Source of the DNA: an uncultured delta proteobacterium
GTDB taxonomy: Bacteria; Desulfobacterota; Desulfobacteria; Desulfobacterales; Desulfosalsimonadaceae
DNA: 64,000 nt
Assembly: GCA_963826785.1 (NCBI GenBank)
Contig: CAWGYD010000008.1
Location: 96,001 to 160,000, forward strand
Direction: 5' to 3'
Shown here: positions 43,700-54,072 of the stretch, one piece after another
How the letters are laid out: every line of letters starts with the position of its first letter
Numbering within the stretch: the stretch's first letter is position 1
Notes under the pieces: model-generated
Database searches by the model: none
The model's input: only the letters and a program-made list of their open reading frames with translations
Told to the model about the DNA's origin: nothing
Translations under genes and position numbers: made by a program

Positions 43700-44746
43700 A
43701 TGAATAAAATTATTAAATTAACGGCCATCATATTAATGGTTCTTGCAAGTAGCTCTTATGCTTTTCAAATAGAAACACGAGAACAAATCGTGGAAGATGC
43801 TGTTAAATTTTGTCCTCCGGACTTAAGAACTTTCTTAATGCCGAATATTTCAATTTTGAAAGGCAAAATGTCTTTTGCATCGCATATGCAGCGGCCTATT
43901 GATTCACTTTTACTAAAAGAAATATCGACATCATTAATAGAGGAAATAAAAAGCGGGACTGATTATAACTATAATACGATAAGCAAATTTGGATTGGTTG
44001 CCTTGTTCATTACCGAAGCCATAAATCCATATTTTTCGGCAAATAGCATATCTCTTTCAAATAATAGAGCCAGACAGGTTTCGTATAAGGGTATCATCGT
44101 TATCTATGACGGTTACCAACCTGTCCCAGACCCTGAATTTAAATTCAAATCCCTTACAGATAAATACCAGGACAGTTTGGGTTATATAAAACCTTCTTTA
44201 TTAGATTCAGCTTACAATGATGCAGTTAATGAAGTTTCAGATTTCTTCATTTCTATATGGCAAATGGCCGGGAAGCCTGTAAATGATTTAGTCTCAACCG
44301 GCTTCACGATTGATCACCGCTCGGGACGATTATTACAGGCCAATATTTCAAATCAAAAGAGAACTGAACCTACAGACGTTCAAGTCGATAAGGACGTATC
44401 TAATCCCAAGGGTACTTACTGGCAAGTATACCAAAATGCAGTTGATGCTTCAAGTAACCATGATTGGAATGGATGGGAAGCTCAAATGAGAATGATTAAT
44501 AGAGAAACTGATTTCGCGTTGCCAGAGGATTTCTGGCAAAATTATCATAGAGCAATAAAATCAATAAATAAAGGAGATTGGCTTTCTTTCAAAGAATACA
44601 TGGAAAAGATGGATCAGGAAATCGGACTGGATTCATCCAGTGCATTTTACAACGCATACGATAAAAGTCTCAAAGCTTTATCAAATCGGGATTGGCGGGA
44701 GTACGAATCACAATTCAGCCAAATGGAAGGGCTATTGGGGAATTAA
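43700..44746 (+). CDS. Secreted helical protein with three C-terminal ~38-aa repeats
   Basis: Signal peptide (SSSYA) and repeats of the form (Y/F)(W/Y)xxYxx(A/S)xxxxxxxDW. Confidence 0.7.
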   Translation: MNKIIKLTAIILMVLASSSYAFQIETREQIVEDAVKFCPPDLRTFLMPNISILKGKMSFASHMQRPIDSLLLKEISTSLIEEIKSGTDYNYNTISKFGLVALFITEAINPYFSANSISLSNNRARQVSYKGIIVIYDGYQPVPDPEFKFKSLTDKYQDSLGYIKPSLLDSAYNDAVNEVSDFFISIWQMAGKPVNDLVSTGFTIDHRSGRLLQANISNQKRTEPTDVQVDKDVSNPKGTYWQVYQNAVDASSNHDWNGWEAQMRMINRETDFALPEDFWQNYHRAIKSINKGDWLSFKEYMEKMDQEIGLDSSSAFYNAYDKSLKALSNRDWREYESQFSQMEGLLGN

Positions 44747-44751
44747 TTTAG

Positions 44752-45411
44752 ATGATGTATCACTTTAAACCACCAATTACTTGGAATCCCGTTAGAATTG
44801 CCTTTTTATTTGGTTTATTTTTTATATTTACAGAATCCATCGTATCGGCGATTAATAGTGATGAGATTTTGATTAAAGGATTTATAAATAGATATGGGAA
44901 ATACCCTATTATACAAGTTATTTTAGCATATAATGATAATGATATCACCCTCGATGTCAGGGGTAAACGGATAATTTACAGTGGGAATCCTGATGAAAGT
45001 TATGTCAATGTCCATACGATACTTTGTGATTTGAAAACGATTCATCTTACACCTAAGAAGCTAGAAAAATTAATTAATGACCGAATTAAACCCAATACTT
45101 TGGTTTTATTTAAACAGATGTCTCGTAATCTAAAAAGTGAAGCATTAGAGAGCCGAAAAGATAGAGAAAAAGGGCTTATCGATTCCTTTAAAAGAGAAGA
45201 CAATATAAGTATGATGATAGAAGAGGAGAAGAAACGACTGCTAAATAAAAAAGAGAAGCTGGAAGAAGAAATTAAAAAGGAGGCATTACTCATTAAACAG
45301 GAAGATCAACTCCGAAAAGAAAAAATCAGGCTCATAGAAAGGAAGCAGGTCATCGAAGAAGAAATCAAAACTGAAGCAGCAAGAATAAGAAGAGAAAATT
45401 CATTTAATTGA
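44752..45411 (+). CDS. Membrane-anchored or secreted protein with Lys/Glu coiled coil
   Basis: N-terminal hydrophobic segment and C-terminal EEEIKKEA/EEEIKTEA repeats. Starts 5 nt after the previous ORF. Confidence 0.6.
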   Translation: MMYHFKPPITWNPVRIAFLFGLFFIFTESIVSAINSDEILIKGFINRYGKYPIIQVILAYNDNDITLDVRGKRIIYSGNPDESYVNVHTILCDLKTIHLTPKKLEKLINDRIKPNTLVLFKQMSRNLKSEALESRKDREKGLIDSFKREDNISMMIEEEKKRLLNKKEKLEEEIKKEALLIKQEDQLRKEKIRLIERKQVIEEEIKTEAARIRRENSFN

Positions 45412-45603
45412 TGTGATGCCCTTCGCAGGGCCGTATTGCGCTGATAAAATTCCGTCCTAATCTTCCTGAATATTTCTATCTTCTCAGAAAAGCCGAAATT
45501 CCCCTCATTAAATTTTCTTGATGAACTTTTTTTATTACCATATGTTAATGCATTATCATTATTTGATTTTTGAAATTTTTTCACGCGAACAGGGGTCAAA
45601 GAT

Positions 45604-47502
45604 ATGGCTGAAAAATTCTGGCAATTAATTCCTGTGAATAGTGAACTTCAACCATTCATAATTAATTCATCTCCCGCTATATTAGGAAGATCTGCTTCCA
45701 AATGTGATATTTTAATCGATGATGCGTCAATCGCAGATTCACACATTCAATTTGTTCTGAATAAAACTGGTTTACAAATATATGATTTAAATAGCGAAAA
45801 CGGAATAGCCATTCAAGGGGAAAAGGTAAAAAATAGAATCGAAATCAAAGCCAGAAGTGCAAAGCAAGGATTATCGCTTGTCGCCGGAAAAATAGAATTT
45901 ATTTTAAAATATGGTGAAATATCCACTGATACTTACACTTCTCCCCTGAAAAGGGAAGATGAATGGTTTTATAATCATAAAGGGAAAAAGTACGGACCAT
46001 TGAAAAAGGAGGAATTGTTCAAAGCCGCTCAAAATCATCTGTTATTTCCGACTGATGATGTATGGAATTCGAGCTTTGATTATCAATTAAAAGCTTTCGA
46101 AATTAAAGGGCTATTAGAAAAGGGTTATTCTCCAATTATAGATGATGACAAGGAAATTATATGTCCATATTGCTGGAATTCATTTAACCTTGAAGATATT
46201 CGTTTTGTATCTTGCCATCCAGAGTTGTCTGGAGATTCTGTCTTAGGTGAAAGTGAATTCCAAAGATTTATCCCTTTTCATTTCAGACCGAAAGGAAAGG
46301 CATTAGATTCTAAGGGAATGCTTTGCCATGAAAAAGCATGCCCGATTTGCCACATTGCCATCCCGTCTGATCTGCTTATTAAAACCCCTCCCATTTTTAT
46401 TTCATTGGTTGGAGTCCCGGCAAGCGGAAAATCATATTGTTTGGCCGCTACCACATGGAATCTGAGAACCATCTTTAACCAGCATTTCAATATGGATTTC
46501 GTTGATGTCGATCCCCTAATAAATCATTGGATTACTGAATATGAATCATTGCTTTTCAAAAATGAAAAAATTTTGAAAACACCATTGGAGGCATCTCATG
46601 TCTATCGGCAGGCAAAAATAAATGGCGTAACGGCGATCCTTCCGCAACCATGCATGTTCTTTCTTAAATCTTATGAAGATATCCAGGCCGCCAATAATGT
46701 TAACCGGGTGCTTGTATTGTACGATAATGCAGGTGAGCATTTTCAGCCGGGATACGATTCTGCAATTACTCCCGTCACCAGGCATTTAAGCCGTGCCGGC
46801 GGGATCATTTTTCTTTTCGATCCATCAGCCGATCCGCGAATCGCAAAGTTTATACCGGAAAACGCAGATATCCCAAAAGGAACTGACATTCAAAAACAAA
46901 CAGTGCTGTTAAATGAGATGATCGTTCGGCTTAAAAATCATTTGGGCCTTACTGCAGAGGAACGCTACCAAAAACCGATTGTTTTCGCGATTTCAAAATC
47001 GGATTTACTTCATCAATTCAGCGAACTCCATGATAATGATGAGCCATTAACCATTAAATCCAATACGAATATCAATGCCCTGAATCTATCTAAGATTGCG
47101 AGGATTTCATACTGTACAAGAGACTTTTTGAAAAAATATGTCCCTGAAATCGTCAACCTGATTGAATCGTTTGCCGAAATGATAATTTATCTACCCATAA
47201 GTGCTCTTGGTCATGAGCCAAAAGATTTGGGACATGAGAATAAAAATATAAAGCCCTCTTTCATTGAAATCCCCATTTTATATATTTTATCCAAGCTCGG
47301 ATTCATTCCTTCTGCAAAAACATTAGATGAAATCCTTCCAGTTAATCAATTTGAGGTCAACAACCGGTATTTTGAATTGAAAGACCCGGTTTCAGGTAAA
47401 ATTCTGCAAGTACCGCTTATATATGCCGGACATACCCTCTATTATCCTGGAACCAGAACCAAAATTCGGATACCCGAACTTCCGCATGTCAAATGTTTAT
47501 AG
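45604..47502 (+). CDS. FHA + GYF_2-like + Zn-ribbon + TRAFAC-class GTPase
   Basis: FHA (LGRS..SH..DLNSENG); WFY..GKKYGP..DDVW; CPYC and CPIC; G1 GVPASGKS, G3 DNAG, G4 SKSD, G5 SALG. Confidence 0.8.
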   Translation: MAEKFWQLIPVNSELQPFIINSSPAILGRSASKCDILIDDASIADSHIQFVLNKTGLQIYDLNSENGIAIQGEKVKNRIEIKARSAKQGLSLVAGKIEFILKYGEISTDTYTSPLKREDEWFYNHKGKKYGPLKKEELFKAAQNHLLFPTDDVWNSSFDYQLKAFEIKGLLEKGYSPIIDDDKEIICPYCWNSFNLEDIRFVSCHPELSGDSVLGESEFQRFIPFHFRPKGKALDSKGMLCHEKACPICHIAIPSDLLIKTPPIFISLVGVPASGKSYCLAATTWNLRTIFNQHFNMDFVDVDPLINHWITEYESLLFKNEKILKTPLEASHVYRQAKINGVTAILPQPCMFFLKSYEDIQAANNVNRVLVLYDNAGEHFQPGYDSAITPVTRHLSRAGGIIFLFDPSADPRIAKFIPENADIPKGTDIQKQTVLLNEMIVRLKNHLGLTAEERYQKPIVFAISKSDLLHQFSELHDNDEPLTIKSNTNINALNLSKIARISYCTRDFLKKYVPEIVNLIESFAEMIIYLPISALGHEPKDLGHENKNIKPSFIEIPILYILSKLGFIPSAKTLDEILPVNQFEVNNRYFELKDPVSGKILQVPLIYAGHTLYYPGTRTKIRIPELPHVKCL

Positions 47503-47554
47503 ATAATATTTTAACTTTAGAAATTGCGCTGCTCTAAAATGGCAAGGGGAAGAA

Positions 47555-49573
47555 ATGATTTTTGAGTTAATTTATACTTCCGTCCCGAAAGGCTTAAAAC
47601 CTGGTTCAAGCGGATACACGACAGTCGCCTGTACCGAGGGAATGCCGGCAAAGTATGTCAGCCTTTGTGAATCCCTTAGCGGGTATATTCATTTATATGC
47701 AGACCTGAACGATCCGAATTACCGATTAAATCCTGTCGCATACAGCCATTATAAATTTTCGGTAAACAATGAAAAAATATCCGTCCTCTCCCGGGTTTCT
47801 TCTTCAGGGGCTGATTATAGCGGCAGGGCCAATAAAATTGCCCATCATATTGTTGTCCTTCAGGACGAACAACATTTGATTGGACCCGCCGCACTCATGA
47901 ATCAGCCCGGATTATTTGTAGATGAATGGAATCGAGAACCTCAGATATTGCCCAAAGGCCGCATTGCTTTTCCAGAAAACGAAATAAAATCCTATTTTGC
48001 AGAGGAATGGGAAAATGTTTTGGGGGATGCGGGTGCTGCCGGAGTGCTTGCACAGAAAATCTTAGATAATGATAAAACCCCGGCATTCATTCTGTTCGAA
48101 CCTGGAACGAACCTGCTGCAACTGATCATCGAAGCAATGGATCTTCTTCCTCTGGAGCAACAATGGGCGACGACCTTCAACACGTATTTTGATCCCACCA
48201 TAAAACCTATTGATTCTGAATGTATCGTGCGATGCTGTGTCCGGAATTCAAAGCACTTGAATTCATTTCCAGATGCATTGGTAATGGATTTACCGCAAAA
48301 AAAGATGATAGGGAAAATACCGAAAGATGCAGAAATTTACGAGTGTGCGCGAACTGGAAATCCGCCCTCCTGGCTGCGGCCCAAGAAAGACACCGATACA
48401 GAGACGTTTATCGAAGGACTGTGGGAGTCTGATCAAAGGTCACCATCTCCTCGCAGGGCTTCGCCAATAAGTCAGAAACATCCAACTTCAATTATAGAAC
48501 CCCCCACAAAGAAGAAATCTGACTTTGAATTTTATTTGTGGTCAGCTGTAATCATTCTTTTATTTTTGATTTTTATCTACTTTCCAATCAAAAATTGGTT
48601 AGCTCCGGAATCGAACAAGAATCAACCTAACGAAAACGGGCAAATTGATTCTACGCAAAATGAAGAGAAACCAGTTAATAGTGGTGAAAATGAGACATTA
48701 ATGCAGTATGCTCCTCCCCCAATGAACACCGGACAAGTAAATACGGCTCCTCAAAGGAATGAAATGAAAGTTACCATTCTTTACGCAGAAAAAAAAAATG
48801 ATAATGACGAAAATATAAAGAGTAATGAAGTCATAATTGATAGACGAATTGAATTCACACAGGTAAAACAAGTTTTTCTTTATGATAATGAAAGGATTAT
48901 TGCAGCGAATATAGAGGAAAGGCCATCCGGCGGAGGAAACCAACACCTCATATCTACAGGGGAGTCTAAAAGCAGTAAGAGCAGAATTTGGGTAATAAAT
49001 GGGAAAACACATATCTCATTAATGGACCCCTTTTTCGCAATTTTTATCAAAATATCAGATGATGGTCCTTTTCTAATATGGATTAAGCCTATTAAAATTA
49101 AGTTTGAAAATTCAACTATCGAAGAAATTACGACTGTGAAAAAATTTATCAAAGTTTTGCATGATCATAAGATTCTTAAAGCTGAAGCTTATAACGAAAA
49201 TTCAGAATTGGAAAAGCAAGATTTAGGCAATCAAACATGGGATCAATTATATGAAAACTTGAAAAAAATATATGATTCGGTAACCTGTGAAATAATACAA
49301 GAGTTAAATCAAGAGATAAATGGTTATTGTAGGAATCGGGAACCTGAGAATAAGGAATTATGCCAATACGTAAACGGTATAGAGGAAATTAAATCTGAAG
49401 ATAAGAATAAAGATTTATCCAAGACTATTCAAAAGATAAAGTACTTAAAGATTGATAATGATGATATCAAAAGTTTGATAAATAAATTTGAAAATAGGAG
49501 AATTTATTGCGAACTATTTCCAAGACATGAACAAAGAGAGATATCTATGCAATTAACTGAGATTATAAAATGA
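47555..49573 (+). CDS. GAP1-N2-like (GTPase-associated protein 1) single-pass membrane protein
   Basis: ELIYTSVPKGLKPGSSGYTTVA, DYSGRANKIAHH and LLP..QWATTFNTY motifs; Pro-rich linker; TM at about aa 325-345. Confidence 0.7.
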   Translation: MIFELIYTSVPKGLKPGSSGYTTVACTEGMPAKYVSLCESLSGYIHLYADLNDPNYRLNPVAYSHYKFSVNNEKISVLSRVSSSGADYSGRANKIAHHIVVLQDEQHLIGPAALMNQPGLFVDEWNREPQILPKGRIAFPENEIKSYFAEEWENVLGDAGAAGVLAQKILDNDKTPAFILFEPGTNLLQLIIEAMDLLPLEQQWATTFNTYFDPTIKPIDSECIVRCCVRNSKHLNSFPDALVMDLPQKKMIGKIPKDAEIYECARTGNPPSWLRPKKDTDTETFIEGLWESDQRSPSPRRASPISQKHPTSIIEPPTKKKSDFEFYLWSAVIILLFLIFIYFPIKNWLAPESNKNQPNENGQIDSTQNEEKPVNSGENETLMQYAPPPMNTGQVNTAPQRNEMKVTILYAEKKNDNDENIKSNEVIIDRRIEFTQVKQVFLYDNERIIAANIEERPSGGGNQHLISTGESKSSKSRIWVINGKTHISLMDPFFAIFIKISDDGPFLIWIKPIKIKFENSTIEEITTVKKFIKVLHDHKILKAEAYNENSELEKQDLGNQTWDQLYENLKKIYDSVTCEIIQELNQEINGYCRNREPENKELCQYVNGIEEIKSEDKNKDLSKTIQKIKYLKIDNDDIKSLINKFENRRIYCELFPRHEQREISMQLTEIIK

Positions 49574-49584
49574 ACAGGTGAAAA

Positions 49585-52479
49585 ATGTTCCCCCCTCCTG
49601 ACCTGATAAGGCAAATTCAAAAAATTTTGGATTCGGAAGACCTCTCTATCCCTGAATACAAGGAGGTCGCCCGGCAATTTCAGGAACAATATAATCTTGC
49701 CAAAGCGAGGATACTGAAATGTAAGTCTCTTATTTCAGAACGAAGGCGTGAAGATGCAGTAGCGGAAGCACTGAAGGACCCTGATTTAAGAGAGATAAGC
49801 AGCAACTTGCATTTCAAAGAACTATTAAAATGGAAAAATATTTGCCAGGAACAGAACTGGCCCATACCGGAATTGTATGAATCTCAATTTAATGCGGCCT
49901 TACAGGATGTTTTTTCTTCAGACAATAAAATTTTTCCGTTGCTCACGAAATATAGGCGGGCTGCCCTTAAAAATGACTTCAGACGCTCTGTTCAGATTTT
50001 AAGACAAATAAAAAAGACAGACTGGTCCAACAAAAAATGGGATGAGGATCTCAAAGAATTTGAAAAAAGCCGAATGGCGGAGATTCGCAATCATTTCGTT
50101 TCGGCAGTTCGCAATCGTGATCATGACTATATCGCCTATTTGCTAATGGAATTAGAAGAAGAATGGTCAATTCCACGGGACGATCTTTTGTATAAAGAAA
50201 TAAAGGAGCATGTTTTAAATCACAAGAAAAAGGAGGTGATGCGGAACGGAAAAGAAATCTGCGCCAGAATGGTAAAAGCCTATAGGGCCAAGGATTTCTC
50301 TGCTGTCGAAAAAACAATCGAAGAGTATGAAAGTTTAAGAAAAGATCCGCTTTTTGATAATCAAGAAATGGATCGAGCATATATCAAAATTTCTTTTTGG
50401 ATTGAAACGGTAAAGAAAGAAAATGAATTAAAGGAGGCGGCTGCAAGGGAAAATGAAAGCTGGAGCGAGGCGATTTTTATACTTGAGCAAAATTTGAAAA
50501 TGAAAAATGTCAAAAATGTAATGAATTGCCTGAAAGAATTAGAGCAGTACTCTGGTAAAATAATACCGCCGGAGCTTGGAGCCGAAGCTGATGCACTGAT
50601 TAAGAAATGGAAATTTAAACGGAAGGTCACCTTCAGTCTGGTTATTTTAGTGTTCATTTTGTGTGCCGGCTTAGCGTTGGCGGTGACGAGATATCATCAA
50701 ATTCAGGACTCAACCCTGGCTGATTTGGAATCGGCATACAAAGCGGAAGACCTTCCACATTTTTTAGAAATATTAAAGAATTCGGAGAATACGCATCGAT
50801 TTACCTACAATTCAAATGAAATACAAAAATGGGCTTCCAAGATACCGGATCTCACGGCCATAGTTGCAAAAAAGCGAGCTATTTTTGAAGAGACGATTAC
50901 ACGAGTTAAGCAAATGCAAGATAATGATTTTTATGGCGATGAAGAAAAGGTTGAGCAGTTGCTTCATGCCGCAGAAATAAATGCTGTGGATAATGCGGAT
51001 AAAGGAATAATAGCGTCTATAAAAGAAGCGTGGGAAATTCACAAAGATCTGATTATCAATCAAAATGACAGGAATCTCAATAAGATTCTAAATGCAGTTT
51101 CTATCGAAATCGAGAAAGCAGAGACCTCCCTGGACCATATTCATTATATTGAGGCAAACGGGTACCTTTTTGAAACTGAGAAATTATTGATCCAAGCAGC
51201 TGAGATTGAGAATGTTTCGCCAAAGCTTACAGATGACATGAAAAAAATTCGGAACAAATATGAAAATCTAAGGTCTGACCTGCATCCGAAAATCAAGCAG
51301 CTTGAAATTATTTCAGGGGCACCAACTTTATCTGAATATTTAACTGAACTTAAAGCATATGTAACCGCCCTACCCGACGATCCGCTAAGCAGGTTAATGA
51401 ATTCGATAATTTCAGATGAAAAAAATTATTATGACCTTATTTCCATGCAATCTTATAATCCTGCAAACCCTTTCTGGTATCCAGTTGCTGAAATTTTCTC
51501 CGAGATCAAAGATAATATTTCTACGGTCAAAAAGGATATCACGAATCTTCAAGCCGATAAATGGTATACGGATTTATGGGAATACCCTTTGATTCCCGCC
51601 TTTAATAAAGGCAATAAGAAGGTATTCTCCGAGGGCAACCTTGTTAAAAAAAACAACGATGATGGCGTTGGGTGTTTTACAGGGTTTATGTATGTTTCGT
51701 CTTCCAGTGATTCGGAACCGGAATTCGTTCAAGGAGAACTCATCACAGCATATTTTGATACAACTAAGAAGGTTGAAAAATTAAGTCATTGCAAAATTTT
51801 ATATAATGATTTCGAAAAAATTTTGGAAGCCCCTCCAGATCTGTTTGCCGAAACAATGTTAACCCAAATGCAAAACCTCCTTAATGAAGATCTGCATCCT
51901 CTCTTAAAAGTTTCGGTCATGAAAAACTTGGTTCGCTCATTTACGGATTTAATGGAAGATAATGCGATGGAGGATTGGGAAGATGTATTGTCAGATTTAA
52001 ATGGTTTCGAATCTCCTGTCCATTGGCTCTGTTTTCTAAATCCAGCTCTTGAAAGTGGTAATAAGCGCGCCAAACGCATTCTGGATAAACATTTTGAGAA
52101 AACAAACATTATCTCGACACAAAAAGCTAAACTTGAGCTGATCCGAAAATGCTTGAAACGCTCGATTAAATGGGTTGGCAGCGCCTCATTTGAAGGGAAT
52201 CAAGAAATTTTATGGAAACAATCCAATATCCCCAGCGAAACATGGGTAGTTCGGGCATCCAGTAAGCCCAGTATTTATCTTGCACAGGAAATTAAAAATG
52301 AAAAATTAGTCTTTGATTATGTGAGTTATCTTCCTGGTGAACCGGTTTTTGCCCCGGATGATATGAAGACTTCCCGTGAAATTCTGAAAGAGGTTTTTTC
52401 GAAAAATGAATTATCTTTCGAAAATCATCTATCCGTTCCATCAATATGGCCTATTAATCTAAAGGCCAATGATTTGTAA
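49585..52479 (+). CDS. Large alpha-helical single-pass membrane protein
   Basis: 964 aa, helical/coiled-coil character, one TM at about aa 347-367 preceded by KKWKFKRK. Confidence 0.7.
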   Translation: MFPPPDLIRQIQKILDSEDLSIPEYKEVARQFQEQYNLAKARILKCKSLISERRREDAVAEALKDPDLREISSNLHFKELLKWKNICQEQNWPIPELYESQFNAALQDVFSSDNKIFPLLTKYRRAALKNDFRRSVQILRQIKKTDWSNKKWDEDLKEFEKSRMAEIRNHFVSAVRNRDHDYIAYLLMELEEEWSIPRDDLLYKEIKEHVLNHKKKEVMRNGKEICARMVKAYRAKDFSAVEKTIEEYESLRKDPLFDNQEMDRAYIKISFWIETVKKENELKEAAARENESWSEAIFILEQNLKMKNVKNVMNCLKELEQYSGKIIPPELGAEADALIKKWKFKRKVTFSLVILVFILCAGLALAVTRYHQIQDSTLADLESAYKAEDLPHFLEILKNSENTHRFTYNSNEIQKWASKIPDLTAIVAKKRAIFEETITRVKQMQDNDFYGDEEKVEQLLHAAEINAVDNADKGIIASIKEAWEIHKDLIINQNDRNLNKILNAVSIEIEKAETSLDHIHYIEANGYLFETEKLLIQAAEIENVSPKLTDDMKKIRNKYENLRSDLHPKIKQLEIISGAPTLSEYLTELKAYVTALPDDPLSRLMNSIISDEKNYYDLISMQSYNPANPFWYPVAEIFSEIKDNISTVKKDITNLQADKWYTDLWEYPLIPAFNKGNKKVFSEGNLVKKNNDDGVGCFTGFMYVSSSSDSEPEFVQGELITAYFDTTKKVEKLSHCKILYNDFEKILEAPPDLFAETMLTQMQNLLNEDLHPLLKVSVMKNLVRSFTDLMEDNAMEDWEDVLSDLNGFESPVHWLCFLNPALESGNKRAKRILDKHFEKTNIISTQKAKLELIRKCLKRSIKWVGSASFEGNQEILWKQSNIPSETWVVRASSKPSIYLAQEIKNEKLVFDYVSYLPGEPVFAPDDMKTSREILKEVFSKNELSFENHLSVPSIWPINLKANDL

Positions 52480-52517
52480 TTACTTTAAGATCACCCATAA
52501 TTACAAAAGAGAAAAAA

Positions 52518-53378
52518 ATGACTGATATCCATAGAAAGCAATTGGTGAAAATTCTCGAATGGCAGAGAATGGACATCGAAGGCCGTTTGAAGTTTAAAGG
52601 TGGAAAATACACAGACGTTAATTTTTCTTTATCACTTCTATTCGGGCTGATCTTGTTTTCTATTTTCTATGGGACGGTGATGGCGACTAAATATCCTCCC
52701 ATATATGATTTTTTCTTAAACAGAAGTATAACACAGCCATTCACAATGTTCTTTTCCTGTTGGGCGATATCAATTCTCTTTTTTAAATGGCAAAAGCTCC
52801 TTTTCCAAGAAAAAGCACTGGGCTTGATGATTGTTCCCCACTCACATGATTTCGAGCTTAATGCAGCATCGGCAAAGGATATTCTTGAAAGAATGCATGG
52901 AATTGTTGACAAAGTCGAACACTTTACCCTTTTAAATCGGATTGAAAGGGCATTATCCAATTTGCACAATATCGGCATGATCACCGATGTGTCAGAAGTA
53001 TTGAGATCTCAGGCCGAAAATGATGAAGACCATATGGAATCCAGTTATGCCTTGGTGAGGGGTTTTATATGGGCCATCCCTGTACTTGGGTTTGTCGGCA
53101 CAGTTTTGGGATTGTCAAAAGCTATCGGCAATTTTGGTGAAGTTCTTGGCTCTGCAGGAAATTTTGAAAACTTGAAAATCTCACTCCAAAGTGTCACTTC
53201 AGGATTGTCAGTTGCATTTGATACGACATTATTTGCACTGCTTGCAGCTTTAACAATTCAATTGATTTTAATCACCTTGAAAAAAAGGGAAGAGGATTTT
53301 TTGGATGCATGCAAAGAATATTGCCATGCAAATATTATAAGTAAATTGAGGCTTTCTAATTCCTCTGTCATAAACTAA
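52518..53378 (+). CDS. MotA/TolQ/ExbB proton-channel family protein
   Basis: Two N-terminal TMs, then the AIPVLGFVGTVLGL and GLSVAFDTTLFAL TM pair. Confidence 0.88.
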   Translation: MTDIHRKQLVKILEWQRMDIEGRLKFKGGKYTDVNFSLSLLFGLILFSIFYGTVMATKYPPIYDFFLNRSITQPFTMFFSCWAISILFFKWQKLLFQEKALGLMIVPHSHDFELNAASAKDILERMHGIVDKVEHFTLLNRIERALSNLHNIGMITDVSEVLRSQAENDEDHMESSYALVRGFIWAIPVLGFVGTVLGLSKAIGNFGEVLGSAGNFENLKISLQSVTSGLSVAFDTTLFALLAALTIQLILITLKKREEDFLDACKEYCHANIISKLRLSNSSVIN

Positions 53379-53388
53379 TGCCAGATAA

Positions 53389-54072
53389 ATGAGAAAGAGA
53401 CGAGCGCATAAAAAAGATTTACCAATAAGTTTTTTTTCATTTCAGGATATTATAACTTGCCTTGTGGGCATTTTAATAATTCTGACGTTGATCATGGGAA
53501 TTGAAATCCCCAATTCAGTATCGCTTTCGTGCGAAAGCATGCAAACTGATATTTCTCAAACCTCGGATAAGGAACAGGATAACAATGCGAATATATTCAA
53601 TGAGGCCAGAAAAAAGATCAGAATTGATAATTTGAAATCAAAATTAAATCAGATTGAATTGGATTACACCCGCGAAAAAGTTGTTTGGGAATTGTTAAAT
53701 AAGGAATTATTTGAACTGAAGGATAAATATCAAGATATATTGACCGACAGAAGAATTTTCCTCATCCCAGGTGAGACTAACGATAAAATACCTCTGATCG
53801 TGGTATGCTCGTTATCCAGCATAGCCGTAAGTCATTTAAACAATGCAACTGCATTAGCTACTTTCACAACCGATCGAGAAGGAATCAATAACTTTTTCGC
53901 ATATGTATTAAATAGGGAAAAGGATAATGAATTCTTTGTAATTATGATTAAACCTTCAGGAACCGATTACGCCATGGATCTCGTTTATTTTATACAAAAT
54001 GCGGGTTTTGAGGTTGGTTATGATGCTCTTGAAGAGGACTATTCCCTGGCTCTAAAGAATGACCATGAGTAA
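53389..54072 (+). CDS. ExbD/TolR-like partner subunit 1
   Basis: Basic N-terminus, TM FSFQDIITCLVGILIIL with Asp, coiled coil, alpha/beta C-terminal domain (IMIKPSG..GFEVGY). Confidence 0.6.
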   Translation: MRKRRAHKKDLPISFFSFQDIITCLVGILIILTLIMGIEIPNSVSLSCESMQTDISQTSDKEQDNNANIFNEARKKIRIDNLKSKLNQIELDYTREKVVWELLNKELFELKDKYQDILTDRRIFLIPGETNDKIPLIVVCSLSSIAVSHLNNATALATFTTDREGINNFFAYVLNREKDNEFFVIMIKPSGTDYAMDLVYFIQNAGFEVGYDALEEDYSLALKNDHE

